Assembly (NCBI GenBank): GCA_951406725.2
Contig: OX597827.1
Coordinates: forward strand, 27,280,001 to 27,344,000
Length of the DNA stretch: 64,000 nucleotides
Source: Octopus vulgaris
Taxonomy: Eukaryota
Reading direction: 5' to 3'
Shown: one piece after another, positions 14,853 through 28,646 of the stretch
Position numbering within the stretch: the first letter of the stretch is position 1
Layout: each line of letters starts with the position of its first letter
Made by a program: the position numbers and the translations under genes
Notes under the pieces: model-generated
Told to the model about the DNA's origin: nothing
Databases searched by the model: none
What the model saw: only the letters and a program-made list of their open reading frames with translations

Positions 14853-15968
14853 TTTGAAAACGTTATGAAAAAATACCGTTAAAAATGAAGGGAAATTACT
14901 CTGTTATAACTCTGCTTTGCCTGCGTACTTATACATCGCTCGCATTTTTCGTCATAAAAATTCTATAAAAATACATAAAAATATATAAAAATATATAAAA
15001 ATATATAAAATCTTCTTGGGACATAACACAGAAAGCATGTTCTATCCGTTTTCTTTAGCGGACCAAAAACGTAACAGAAATTTAGTCACATGTGGGCATG
15101 ATCCGAAAAGCTCTGTCCTTGTATTTAGACATGTGGTAGGGTCTAAGCTGCTTTTCCAGATAAGCCATCTCTCCATGTCGCATAAACCGCACCTTCCGCT
15201 GCCGTTAGTATAGGGCTTACATCTGGCCAAAATCTTCCATTGTATGTTATAATCGACACCTTTATCTCTTAAAGACCAAATATGATTGGATAATTGTGTC
15301 GCTTTTCTTTTGTTCCAGTGCCTAAAGCTCAAAGTGTGGTTATTGAACCTGGCCTTGAAATTACCCTCTGTCAGGCCCACGTATTTCTTCGTCGAAACGG
15401 TGTCTTTAGTGGTTATAGAGTTTACGGTAGCTTCATATATGATGGTCTTGGACATGCAAGCTCCATTTAGCGGGCACAATTCTTTATTCCTGCATGAACA
15501 GCTGTTTTCTTCTTGTGTTTTTTGTATGTTATGATTGATTATGTTTTTAAAATTGGTAGTTGAACTAAAACTAATTTTTAAATTGTGTCTATTGAAGAGT
15601 TTCCTATAAGCATGGTTAACTGGAAAATGTCTATCTATGTGCGGTTTATGCGACATGGAGAGATGGCTTATCTGGAAAAGCAGCTTAGACCCTACCACAT
15701 GTCTAAATACAAGGACAGAGCTTTTCGGATCATGCCCACATGTGACTAAATTTCTGTTACGTTTTTGGTCCCCTAAAGAAAACGGATAGAACATGCTTTC
15801 TGTGTTATGTCCCAAGAAGATTTTATATATTTTTATATATTTTTATGTATTTTTATATAATTTTTATGACGAAAAATGCGAGCGATGTATAAGTACGCAG
15901 GCAAAGCAGAGTTATAACAGAGTAATTTCCCTTCATTTTTAACGGTATTTTTTCATAACGTTTTCAAA

Positions 15969-16042
15969 TAGCCAGATAACCGAAGAGATGGTGTTGTGGA
16001 TTTCCACTTCGGCATCTGAAACTCAGAGTTTTATCTTGACTA
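15969..16042 (+). ncRNA. Type I hammerhead ribozyme of P1 (predicted)
   Basis: AGATAA-CCGAAGA-GATG..CATC-T-GAAA-CTCAGAG-TT^TTATCT. Confidence 0.75.
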
Positions 16043-16065
16043 CCGAGTAATGTAACATATTGTAT

Positions 16066-17060
<995 letters not shown>

Positions 17061-18637
17061 ATATATATATATATATATATACATACATACATATATGTAC
17101 ATACCTACATATATATGTATACATATACATGCATATATGGGTTGAGGACATAAAAAAAATGTAGACAAAATGAGAAACGAAAACATTAAAAACAAAAACA
17201 TAGAAACAATCTTTTTTTCGGACAATGAAAGACAAACAAACAGAGAAACGAGACAGGCAACATAAAAAAAAAAAACATTCCCTTCATCAGTTGTCCCCTG
17301 TTTTATCTACTCCGCTTTTCGAAATAAACACACACACACAGACACCCACTGCGTGGCACCTTGGGCAAGTGCCTTCTACCAAAGCCTTCTGAGTGGATTT
17401 GGTAGACCGAAACTGAAAGAAGCTTCTCGTATATGTATGTATGTGTGTATTTGTGTGTCCTTGTTTGCCCCCCACCCCACCCCCATTGCTTGACAACCGA
17501 TGTTGGTGTGTTTACGTGCCTGTAACTTAGCAGTTTGGCAAAAGAGACTGATAGAATAAGTACTAGGCTTACAAAAAACAAGTCCTGGGGTCAGTTTGTA
17601 CAACTAAAGGCAGTGCTCCAGCATGGCAGCAGTCAAATGACTGAAACAAGTAAAAGAACAAAAAATATGTCTGTATGTATATTTGCACACATGTATATAC
17701 ATTTGTATCTTTGTATGATATATACATGTGTGTGTGTGTGTGTAAATGATAGAGTAATTTGAAGGATTGTTTTGGTCCAATGGTAGAATGTCTCTCATGT
17801 CTACAGAAGATGTAGGTTTGAGACCCATGGGATTGACCTTTGATATTTCCTATCCAAAACGGTTTTTCAGCCCAGTATTTTATATTGTGTTAGTCATAGC
17901 TCTATGTAATACGCTTCAAGGTCCAATATTTCAAAAAGAATCATTTCCATAGTTTATAGAATTCTCATGGCATCTATCTATCTGTCTGCCTGACTGCCTG
18001 TCACTGTCTTTCTTTCTATCTGTCTATCTATCTATCTATCTATCTATCTATCAATTTGTCTGTCTGTCTGCTTGTCTCTCTGTCTATCTATCTATCTGTT
18101 TGTCTGTCTATATCTCTTTCTATCTATCTTTCTGTTTATCTATCTATCTTTGTCTGTCTGTCTTTCTATCTGTTTATCTATCTATCCATCCATCCACCCA
18201 TCCACCCATCTATCCATCCATCCAGGCACCCATCCGTAATATCATATAATGTAGATAGGGGTTAAAATCCATGCTCTGTCCCCTTCAAGCACATCTGTTT
18301 ATTCCAGTAAACCCTAAAAAATATATAGATGTTACATTTGTGTGAGGTATGCATAAGAATTGAAAATACAGGGGAATAATACTTCCTGTCTGATAATAAT
18401 ATCAAAACAGGAGATTGGAAAATTTTCAAATCTATTTTAATATCTATATTTAATTATTTATTCATCATTTTTCATTCAGTTATAAGGTTCTTACCAAACT
18501 GCTTCATATCAATATTATGGACTTACCATTGTGCTTTTTCCTGGAGTTTGCTTGTTTACATCGCAGCTATTAAGACCTCTTAATGTGGCCTTTACTGATC
18601 CCCTGTAATTTATAGTCCTTCATGCATGTTTTTATCC

Positions 18638-18809
18638 CAGGAGTGGCTGTGTGGTAAGTAGCTCGCTTACCAACCACATGGTTCTGGGTTCAGTTCCACT
18701 GCGTGGCACCATGGGTAAATGTCTTCTACTATAGCCTCGAGCCGACCAAAGCCTTGTGAGTGGATTTGGTAGACAGAAACTGAAAGAAGCCTGTCATATA
18801 TATGTATGT

Positions 18810-18843
<34 letters not shown>

Positions 18844-19042
18844 TTGTCCTCCCAATATTGCTTGACATCCGATGCTGGTGTGGTTACATTCCCGTAACTT
18901 AGCAGTTCGGCAAAAAGAAACTGATAGAATAAGTACTCGGCTTACAAAGAGTAAGTCCTGGGGTTGATTTGCTCGACCGGAAGAAGGGTGGTGCTACAGC
19001 ATGGCCACAGTCAAATGACTGTAACAAATAAAAGAATAAAAG
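18638..19042 (+). mobile_element. SINE family A copy
   Basis: Full head-to-tail match to family A. Confidence 0.88.
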
Positions 19043-19238
19043 GTATATGTCATAACCTGACCCCTAAAGCTGTTATTTGCTTGTCCGTCTTGTGATACCA
19101 TCATACTTATGTATATACATATGTACCTTTATAAAAGGTACTTGTTTGAATTACCAAGAGTGGATATTGTTACTTAGCTGGGTTGCATTGTCTACACACT
19201 TGACAGGAATATTGCGTACAAATACCTCTACATGGAAA

Positions 19239-19659
19239 AATCTTTATTCCAAAGTACTGTTGCTGAATATCGCTTGTTGTGAGATTTAAAGATAGTAATT
19301 TTCTAATTCAGAGATCAGTGACTAGTTGTCACTTTGAAAACTATATATTTCGAACGGGAATTTGGCAGCACCACCTCTAGCTGGACAATTATGCTGTGCT
19401 GAGGAAGGGAAATAACCCAGAAATTGTGATATGCAGATATTGTTTTCAGCTGAATGGAGGTGCTAGATTCCCTTGTTTGAAAATATAAGGACACAGATTG
19501 TGTTTTATAGCCAGCTGGAGACGATGTCTCCTGGGGATAAATTACAGTAAAATTCGTCCTAAACCAGGATTGCCATGCTATGTTGGTAAACAATCTTTAC
19601 TCCAAAGTACTGTTGCTGAATATCTCACGTTGTGAGATTTAAAAATAGTGATTTTCTAA
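19239..19659 (+). mobile_element. Retrozyme-like partial tandem (~353-nt unit, ~1.2 copies) with hammerhead
   Basis: ~68-bp direct repeats 19239-19307/19592-19659 around hammerhead 19394-19436; homologous fragment at 28536-28646 (-). Confidence 0.75.
19394..19436 (+). ncRNA. Minimal type I hammerhead ribozyme, CpG-decayed
   Basis: CTGTG-CTGAGGA-A-GGG aaataa CCC-A-GAAA-TTGTGA-TA^TGCAG. Confidence 0.75.
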
Positions 19660-20509
19660 CCTCTACACAGAGTCTTGATATTCAATATTGAAATAATATT
19701 GTTGGTGTGTGGAGATTATACTGAACTGGCAAGGTGCCTCAATTTAAGTACCTAACTCAACTGACTGTTAATTATATTTTAAATACATACATACATACAT
19801 ATCTACACACATACAGAGATATGTATATATATGTATATCATCGTTTTCATTTAACATTCTATTCTGTAACAGCATTCAGTTACGAGATCATCGGCATTGT
19901 CATCATCATTATCATTATCATCATCATCATCATTGTCACATCATCATCGTCATCATTACTATCATTATTGTTGTTGTCATCATTTTATCATATGCTTTTC
20001 ATTGTTTGCCTGGGTTTAGATGGAATTTTGTTAAGGCTGAGTTTCTCAAAGCTAGATAATTCCCTTCGTGTTGCCAACCCACCACAACAGCTACACCTGT
20101 TTCCAAGTAAAGGGTAAAATAAAAGTGATGCTTCCAAGTTAAGTAATCATATTTCTTCAAGGCCTGACATGTTTTCATGGAAGATAGGAAAGGAAGAACA
20201 TTTCTTGTATAACAAGTGACATTCGTTTACAACCATCAGGTGATGCTGAGGCAAGGAGGAGTCAGTAACACATACATACACACACACACATATACACACA
20301 CACATGATGGAACTATTGCCTACCTAATTCACTCACAAGGCTTTGATTGGCTTGAGATAAATGAGGCAAGTGGTGTGCTAAAAAGTTCCTTGCTTAAAGG
20401 GTATCATGAAAGGCCTGGCTGGAAGTTCAACCTTCCAAGTTCTTTTGCAAGGCTTAAAACACCTGAAGGATCACTGCAATAAGTTTGTGAATCTGAAATG
20501 GGAATCACC

Positions 20510-20795
20510 ATCATCATCATCGTTGTTGTTTAATGTCCGCTTTCCATGCTGGCATGGGTTGGACGCTTTGACTGGGGACTGGTGAGCCAGAAGGTTGCAC
20601 CAGGCTCAGTCTGATCTGGCATGGTTTTCTATTGCTTGATGCTCTTCCTAATGCCAATCACACCGACAGAGTAGTCGGTGCTTTTTGCGAGCCATCAGCA
20701 TGAGGGCCAGTCAGGCGGTTCTGGCAACGACCAAACTCAAAAGGTGCTTTTTACATGTCACCTGCATGGGAGCCAGTCTGGCGGCACTAGCAACA
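20510..20795 (-). mobile_element. Retroposon 3' end with (GAT)n tail (also ~45360-45587+, ~58660-58805-)
   Basis: CATCATC..TTTAATGTCCGCTTTCCATGCTGGCATGGGTTGGAC shared among copies. Confidence 0.7.
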
Positions 20796-20895
20796 AAATC
20801 ATAATTAACTGATCCTCCTTTTACCCTAAGCCAGGAACTTTTCAGCAAACCCTCGTATGTGTGTGTGTGTGTGTATATATATGTATATATATATA

Positions 20896-21165
20896 CTGTG
20901 GTGCCTGGGAAGAGTCATTTTCTTTTTGTGCCTTATAATGTAACACACTCACCGGTAAAATTTCCACTTATTTCTTATTTTTATTTTCCTAAAATTTTCG
21001 TTGCGTCTTGCAACTGTTTCAATAGTCTTGACTCTTAGTCAAGACTATTAAAAAGGTTGCAACAAAAATTTTAGGAAAATAAAAATAAGAAATAAGTGGA
21101 AATATTACTGGTGAGTGTGTTAAATTATAAAGCACGTAAAAAAAATGTCTCCCCAGGCACCACAG
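20896..21165. mobile_element. Fold-back MITE with TA flanks (Tc1/mariner-type)
   Basis: TA-CTGTGGTGCCTGGG...CCCAGGCACCACAG-TA; palindromic over its whole length, 3-nt loop near 21034. Confidence 0.88.
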
Positions 21166-21900
21166 TATGTGCTTCAACACATGAACTCATATAAAGAATC
21201 TTGCAAACTAAATCTAAAAACGATATATATATATATGCATGACTGGTTTCTTTCCATTTCTGCTGGCCAAATCCACTCGCAGGACTTTCAATGGCTCAGA
21301 GTTATAGTAAAAGATACTTGTCCAAGGTTCCATGCACTGGGCTTGAACCCAGAACCACGTGGTTGGGAAAGAAATGTCTTCTTATAAAGCCATGCCTGTT
21401 GTAGCATTAGAAGTAATTGTAGCTGCATGTTTATATGAATTAAACGGATTGAAAGAAAAGACCTTAAATTTTCCACATTAAAAGATAGGAAATATTTACC
21501 TAATGTTGCGCGCGTGCATGTGTGTGTGCTGGAATAGCTCCATGGTTAAGAAATTCTCCTTGCAATCAGCAAGTTTCATGCTTGATCTCACAACTTCGTA
21601 CCTTGGCAAGGCAGGTGTCCTCCACCGTAGCCTTGTGTCAACCAAATAACCTTCTCAGTTACATTTGGATGAGGGAAACTGTGCTGAAGCTTCTCAGTTG
21701 TATATAGGCATTATATCGACATGAGATAAGCTGAACTTTAGGTGCATTGAACAAAAATGAGTTTGCCATGTTTAGTTTTGTCTCGATAGTGTTTGCTCTC
21801 TCTCTCTCTCTCTGTCCAATATCAAATTGTCTTTTGTTCTTTGTAAAATCAATGAAGCAAAATCAATCAAAACTAATGTGTTTGATACATTATTAGTGTA

Positions 21901-22131
21901 ACCCTTTTGATACTCTATTTCTGTTGAAATACATTGAGTTTTTTTTTCAGCTATTTTTGAAAATTATGAGGAATTTAGTAAAACCACCTTGTCATTATTT
22001 TCGCTGCTGTTTGCGATATAAATTAACATGAAATTTTGACAGAACGTTTTTGATTTAAATCATTTTAAGAACAGAAAGTTCTCATACCATAGAGCCAGGG
22101 GCATGTCTTGAGTGGGTTGGTACCAAAATGG
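21901..22131. mobile_element. Degenerate piggyBac-type MITE
   Basis: GTAA-CCCTTTTGATAC...GTACCAAAATGG-TTAA. Confidence 0.55.
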
Positions 22132-22857
22132 TTAAAACGATCAAGGTGGTGCCTCGACATGGCTAGAATCCAATGTCTATAGCTAGCATGTGTGTGTATG
22201 TGTGTATCGGAACTGGGTTACAAAACCAAAACACAAACGTTATCTCTATCCTTCTCTTGATCATCATTATTTAATCTTTATCTTGGATGGCTTGGCAGAT
22301 TCGATGGGTCCAAGGACTGCATTGTGAACCAGTATCTGCTTTGGCATGTTTTCTTATTTCTTTACTACACACAAGGGGCTAAACACAGAAGGGACAAACA
22401 AGGACAGACAAAGAGATTAAATCGATTATATCGACTCCACTGTGTAACTGGTACTTACTACAAAAGGATGAAAGGCAAAGTCGACCTCGGCAGAATTTGA
22501 ACTCAGAACGTAACAGCAGATGAAATACCGCTAAGCATTTCACCCGGCATGCTAACGTTTCTGCCAGCTCACCGCCATAGCATGGTTTCTTTGGCTGGAT
22601 ACCCTTTCTAATGCCAGTCACTTTACAGAGTGTTTTGAGTGCATTGTTTTGAGGCTGTTATGTAGGTACAGGTCTGCAGTTCCAGATACTACTCATTTGC
22701 CAAGGGCTAGGTGTTGTTTATGATTATTGCAGCTAACACCTTCCATTAACTTATTTGAACTTCATCTTCCTGATCATCAGATCCAATACCTCATATCCAA
22801 TCTAATGACTGGCATTCTTAAATTCTGATAACTGTGAGCTGCCAACACACATATATA

Positions 22858-23013
22858 CAGGGGTGGACTGAGAGTATTAAGGGCCCTTGGGCATAACTGT
22901 TAACCGGGCCCATTAGCATTGATATCAATAGAGTTAACATGTAGAATGCAGGCCCCTCAGAGCTCTGGGCTGCTGGGCAGTGTCCAAAAAACCAACTGCT
23001 CACTCCACCCCTG
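22858..23013. mobile_element. hAT-type MITE
   Basis: TIR CAGGGGTGGACTGAG/CTCACTCCACCCCTG; 8-bp TSD CATATATA. Confidence 0.85.
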
Positions 23014-23672
23014 CATATATATATCATCTTTTTCATAATCCCTAATTAACACCATCCTTATCCATTTTCCCATGCATCCATCAGTTGTATGGGCACCTTC
23101 TTCAGTACTTTGCCCTTACTGCAATCTTCTGTCATCTTTCTAAATTTCAACCGTCTGAGATTAGCTTTCATGCTGGCTTCTTCACTCTTCCTCTTTTGCT
23201 TGTTCTCTCTACTTGGGCCACTTGGGTCACCTGGCACTTCTTTACCCATCCATCATCCTTCTTATTCCTCTCATACCCTTAACATTTTAGTCAGGCCCCA
23301 CTTTTACAGCACATCTGATATCTCCCATATTCAGTTTTACCTCTTAATTCATTTATACTCCTTTGTCTGTACACATACAGGGTACAAACCCAGTGAGGAG
23401 GCATGCCTACCTCCTTCGTTTCCAATCCTCACACAACCCTCCTCCACATTCAGAGCCCATCTTTTACTTCCATGCAGCATCCCACTTCAAGCACAAACAT
23501 CAAATTATCTGGCCATCACTCAAAGAGAGAATCCTTTTTTATCTAACTGAAGTGATTAAGTTGTTTGAGCCATTCCCTCCCACTCTGGTTTCTATGCTTT
23601 TTGAAACACCTCCCTCCATTGCTAATTAGGTCACACATGTAAGAAAAGCAATCAACTAATTCTAGGAAATTT

Positions 23673-23894
23673 GATCCTTTAAGCATTCAGATTACTCTAT
23701 CACATGTGATTCTTAATTATTCCTAGTGTTTTGAATAATCTTGCATTGTCTTGTAACTTTGAGATTTCAGTGATGTAATTGTTTATTTTTAGAATGACAT
23801 TGTAGGGTAGGTGTGAGAGGCCAGAACTGGCCAGTTTGACCATAAAGCAGAATATTTGGGCTGGATGTGGTCAGATTAAATGCTGAAGAGTTCA
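23673..23894 (+). mobile_element. Old MITE family (also ~44297-44503 and ~44786-45007)
   Basis: Three copies share TTTTAGAATGACATTGTAGGGTAGGTGTGAGAGG and decayed CCCTTTAGCATT/AATGCTAAAGGG-like ends. Confidence 0.65.
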
Positions 23895-26800
23895 AAGAAT
23901 ATTTCATGAATGATCTTGCTGCTACTGCTTGTAAAACCATTCTTCTTTGCCTGTGATTCCACTACAACTCTTGTTTTACTTGAATACACTCTGTGGAATT
24001 CCTACCAACTTTTTTTCTGCTTATCAAGCTTGGCCATATTTCTTAGTTGCTCTTATGTCCTGTTTGCTAAGTTGACTTTCGGACCCTTAATTCAAAACTC
24101 TGCTTTCACTTTTGGGAATTCTTCACCAAACCTTCAATAGATTCAGCTATGAGAACTAAGTCATCTAAATATTTTTCCTCATAAAATGCCAGTCAGCAAA
24201 AAAAAAAAAAAGTTAAAAAATCCCTCTTAGGGTTGAAGTACTGAAATAAAACAAAAAGAGGCTTGGATGAGAATTGAACCCTGACTGACTCCTATTTGCT
24301 AAATACTTCATTGAACTCATTCAATGTCACCTTTTTGGCAATATCTCTCTCTACACATGGCATGCACCACTCTCACAGTATAGTCATCTACCCCTAAGTA
24401 TCATAGTGATACACTTAGTTTCGTTAGTAACCACCAGGTAACGCCACCTGTTACACTGTCAAAAAGCTTTCCCCAGATTAACCCAAGTTAGCTAAAATAA
24501 CTGGTTCTGAATTATGAACATTCGTAATTTCTTCAGTTGAAAGATGACACCGGTGATACCTTATCCTGGCACTAACTCAAATTCCTTCTCATTTCTGCTA
24601 ATTTCTTCCTTGATTCTTTGAGCTGCAAACTTTTTCTCTCACTCTCAGAACTTGCTGCATCAGTTTCTGTAGTTATCTCTGTCAAAGGTCATTTCCATTA
24701 CACCATAGAGTAGTTTATAATGCTGCTGCTGCTACTGGCCATTGTGACTGACCCCTTCCACAACTATTACCTGATTGCTTATGCAAGCCACTAATAATGC
24801 ATTTCCGATTTCACATGACATTTTCCCTTCTCAGCTATTATCCCTAGTGGTCAGGTTGCTTCCCCTAACTTTATATCCTTAATGGTCATTTTAACCATAC
24901 AGCTGTCAATTTCAGTTGCTTATCCCTCTGGTGGTTCCATTTGTGACAGTCCCCTCCTGCCTCTCTCTTCCTCTTATTTTCTCCTTACTCACTAACCTCT
25001 CTCATATTTCTATGCCTCTTTCTCAATATCATTGAAGGTGAGGGCAATGCTATCAATCCATTCACCAAACACTTTTAACACCAATGGCATCCTGATTAAT
25101 AATTAATATGGACACTTTGCTTTGCCATCCTAAGCATTCTGTGTCTCTGGTTCTCAGTCTGCAAACCTTTTACTCATTGGCAAACCTCTCTTCTAACTCC
25201 CTGATGTTATTTATTTCTCCCCACTTTTCTTAAAGTTTATCCAAGCCTGTCACTTAGCTGCCATGCTTTATCTTCTCTTTTACTCTTTTACTTGTTTCAG
25301 TCATGTGACTGTGGCCATGCTGGAGCACCGCCTTAAGTCGAGCAAATCGACCCCAAGACTTATTCTTTGTAAGCTGAATACTTATTCTATCGGTCTCTTT
25401 TGCCGAACCGCTAAGTTACGGGGACGTAAACACAGCAGCATCGGTTGTCAAGTGATGTTCGGGGGACAAACACAGAAACACAAACATATACACACACATA
25501 CATATATATACATATACATGACGGGCTTCTTTCAGTTTCCGTCTACCAAATCCACTCACAAGGCTTTGTTTGGATCGAGGCTATAGTAGAAGACACTTGC
25601 TCAAGGTGCCACACTGTGGGACTGAACCCGGAAACCATGTGGTTCATAAGCAAGCGGTACCCCAGCATGGCCACAGCTTGTGAGCTGAAACTAGATAAAA
25701 TAAAATAAAAAATTACCACACAGTCACTCCTATGCCTACCATTCTATCACTATATCACTTTTTTACCATTCTATCTCTATGTCACCTTCCATCTTGCTGG
25801 AAGCTTGCTTGGTCTGTAATTGGCAGCAGCTTGTTTCATCTCGTAGAAAATCCCAGTTGTCCTCTATGCCAGTGCTACTCAGAGTGGTGGTTCACGGACG
25901 GCAATGGTCTGTGAGCCATCAGCTGCCGGTACGTGGTGAGCTTCTAGAAAAGAAAGAAAGATTATGAAATGCTTATAAAATGCTTATGTAATATTGTATT
26001 ATTTGCTTACAAAATAAATATAAGATAAAAAAAAATTGTCAGCTTTTATTATATTCATTATGTATATTGTTTCCGGTATAAATTAATATTACAAAAAAAT
26101 ATTACCGGTCCATTGGAAAAAAAAAACTGCCAGTACACCGCATCAGATAGTTTGAGAAGCACTGTTCTAAGATATACATCTCTGCTGGCTCCTCTTTATT
26201 GACATATCTGTAACCCAAGTATTTCTTAGAGCCCATATCAATCTGAAGAATCTTACAGCTTTCATTACCTCCAGGCTGTCTTGAGTCTCTGAATTCCTTT
26301 ACCATATTACAAACATTGTTCCTATCTTTCCAAATCCTGCTGCATTTCACATGGAACTTTCAACCCTCCACACTTATCTTGATGTAATAAGTTGACTTAA
26401 ATTTTAGGGGCTGTAAATTTGGGTTTGAAAATTTCAACTTGAATCCCAGAAAATATATCATATTTTAATGTGTATAAAGAAACCGTTTTTGTCAAAAATT
26501 AGATTAGAAAAGTATGGGGTTTTTTTTTTCATACATGGATATTAATATAATCCCTTACAAAACCTTTTTTCCAAATTTTAAGCCCTGCCAAATTAGGGGG
26601 TTTCTTATACATGTTGAAATATGGTAGTCACACTTATTCTTTGTGTCTCAAGTGGTTAGTCTATGTCGAGTGAAAACATCCTTCACTGGTGAAAGATGTA
26701 ATAGTCACATCCGTCTCTCTTTCCTATTTACTAGAGAGTTTTCTAACCAATCACATGGTTCCAGGTTCAGTCCCACTGCATGGCAACTTGGGGACAAGTG

Positions 26801-27947
26801 TCTTCTGCTATAGCCTTCAGCTGACCAAAGCCTTGTGAGTGGAAACTGAAAGAATCCCATCGTATATGTGTGTGTGTGTTTGTGTCTATGTTTGTGCCCC
26901 AGCTCTGCTTTACACACCAGAGTTGGTATGTTTAGATCTCCATAACTTAGTGGTTCAGCAAAGGAGGTCATTAAAAATAAGTGTTAGGCTTAAAATATTA
27001 GCACTGGGATCAGTTCGTTCAACTAAAATATTCTTGAAGGCTGTGTCCCATGCTGGAGCACAGCAAGTTATAGAGTTAAAGAAGAATCATCAATTGGAAA
27101 GTGGATACAACCAGGTAGCTTTGCTGTCACAGTTATGTCCTTTGTTTTAGATGTGTGTGTGTGGGGGTGTTGAGCTGATTGAAACAAGGGGGACGATAGA
27201 AAATGGGTGTGTGGTGTGGTGGTGGTGTGTTTTTGTTCATCATCACCATCATCATAATCATGACTAATTGAAAACTCACCCACTTAACAGGCTGCATATG
27301 AGAGTAAGGGAGGTGAGAAAGAGAGAGAGAAAGAGAGATAGAAAGTGAGAGAGATGCAAGAGAGAGAGAGAGAAAGAAAGAGAGGCAAGAGAGAGAAAGA
27401 AAGAAAGAGTGAGAGAGAAAGAGAGTAGAAAGAGAGTGGGGCAAGAGAGAGAAAGAAAGAGAGAGAGGCAAGAGGAAGAAAGAGAAAGAGATTTGATTCT
27501 GTATGAGGAGTGAAATGTCAAGTTCTAACCTTTTTTCCCCCTCTTCTTTCTCCATCTCTTCTTTATGTTTTCGAGGAAAAAGAAAAAACAAAACAAAAAA
27601 AACTCTGTTGTGAAACAGACTCTCCTACCCCGCCTCCCGTCACACCCTTGGGGTTATGAGTGGTGGGAAGCGAATTGCTAAACAAAACTGAAAGAAAACA
27701 CACAAACACTGCTAGCCCCCCACCCCCCACCCCAAACACTCTGGTTACCTCACCCAGATTGTATCATAATACACAAGCAGCCATCTCCAAACTAATAATA
27801 ATAATAATAATGATAATAAAAATAAAAATACACTGTGGGAAAATTATGGCTGTCAGATTTCTGTTGTGATTCTGAAGAAATTAGGGAGACAATTCTAGTT
27901 GTAGACAGACAATTCCTGGCAATTGGAAGGAATGGCAGCTGGAAGCT

Positions 27948-27985
27948 CTCCTCCTCCTCTCCCTCCTCCTCCTCCTCCCCCGCCC

Positions 27986-28020
<35 letters not shown>

Positions 28021-28138
28021 TCACCTCCTCCTCCTCCTCCTCCTCCTCCTCCTCCTCCTCCTCCTCCTCCTCCTCCTCCTCCTTCTTCTTCTTCTTCTTC
28101 TTCTTCTTCTTCTTCTTCTTCTTCTTCTTCTTCTCCTC
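27948..28138. repeat. Compound trinucleotide repeat (CCT)n(CAT)n(CCT)n(CTT)n
   Basis: Direct reading. Confidence 0.95.
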
Positions 28139-28535
28139 TAATAAATTAGAAAAGAAAAACACACTGGGTATATTTTGTTATGTTACTATTCATTCTCCGG
28201 TTGCAGAGATTCAATTTGAGGGAGTTGTTGCTGTTGCTTTTAGCTGGCCCAGAAATTGGGTGGAAACTCTGTCTGCCTATGCATGTGAGCATGGTTCTAT
28301 CCATGTGTATATTATACACACATACTCACACACACACATGAATATGCACATGTATATGTGTGTGTGTGTGTGTGCGTGTGTGTGTGTGTGTGCATAGGCA
28401 TAGGTAAGGCTGGCTGAGAGCTTGCTTTGAGTTTAGTCCCACCAAACAGCCCTATGGGTAACTGTCTACTGCTATGGCCCCTGGTCAACCAAGGTGAATG
28501 TGACCGAATTTGGTACATGGAAACTGAAATAAGCC

Positions 28536-28646
28536 TGGAGTAAAGATTGTTTGCCAACATAGCATGGCAGTCCTGGTTTAGGACGAATGTTTCTGTAATT
28601 TAGCCCCAGGAGACATCGTCTCCAGCTGGCTAGACGACATGATCTG
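28536..28646 (-). mobile_element. Fragment of the 19.4 kb retrozyme-like family inserted in a SINE
   Basis: Reverse complement aligns by eye to ~19490-19604. Confidence 0.8.

Larger units (their letters stand above)
14687..16070 (-). mobile_element. Penelope-like element P1, 5'-truncated, with inverted copy of its 3' end
   Basis: GIY-YIG coding part 15042-15638 matches the 34 kb copy. 15639-16070 is the reverse complement of 14751-15192. Flanked by (TA)n. Confidence 0.93.

Noticed and set aside
15042-15815. 257-aa ORF as a real protein
   Set aside because: Chimeric: its first ~59 aa are the antisense reading of the inverted arm, fused at 15638/15639 to the GIY-YIG fragment.
23040-26390. Highly degraded LINE-like sequence (also YAD-like trace near 51060)
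   Set aside because: Only faint motif traces; boundaries and family cannot be supported by eye.
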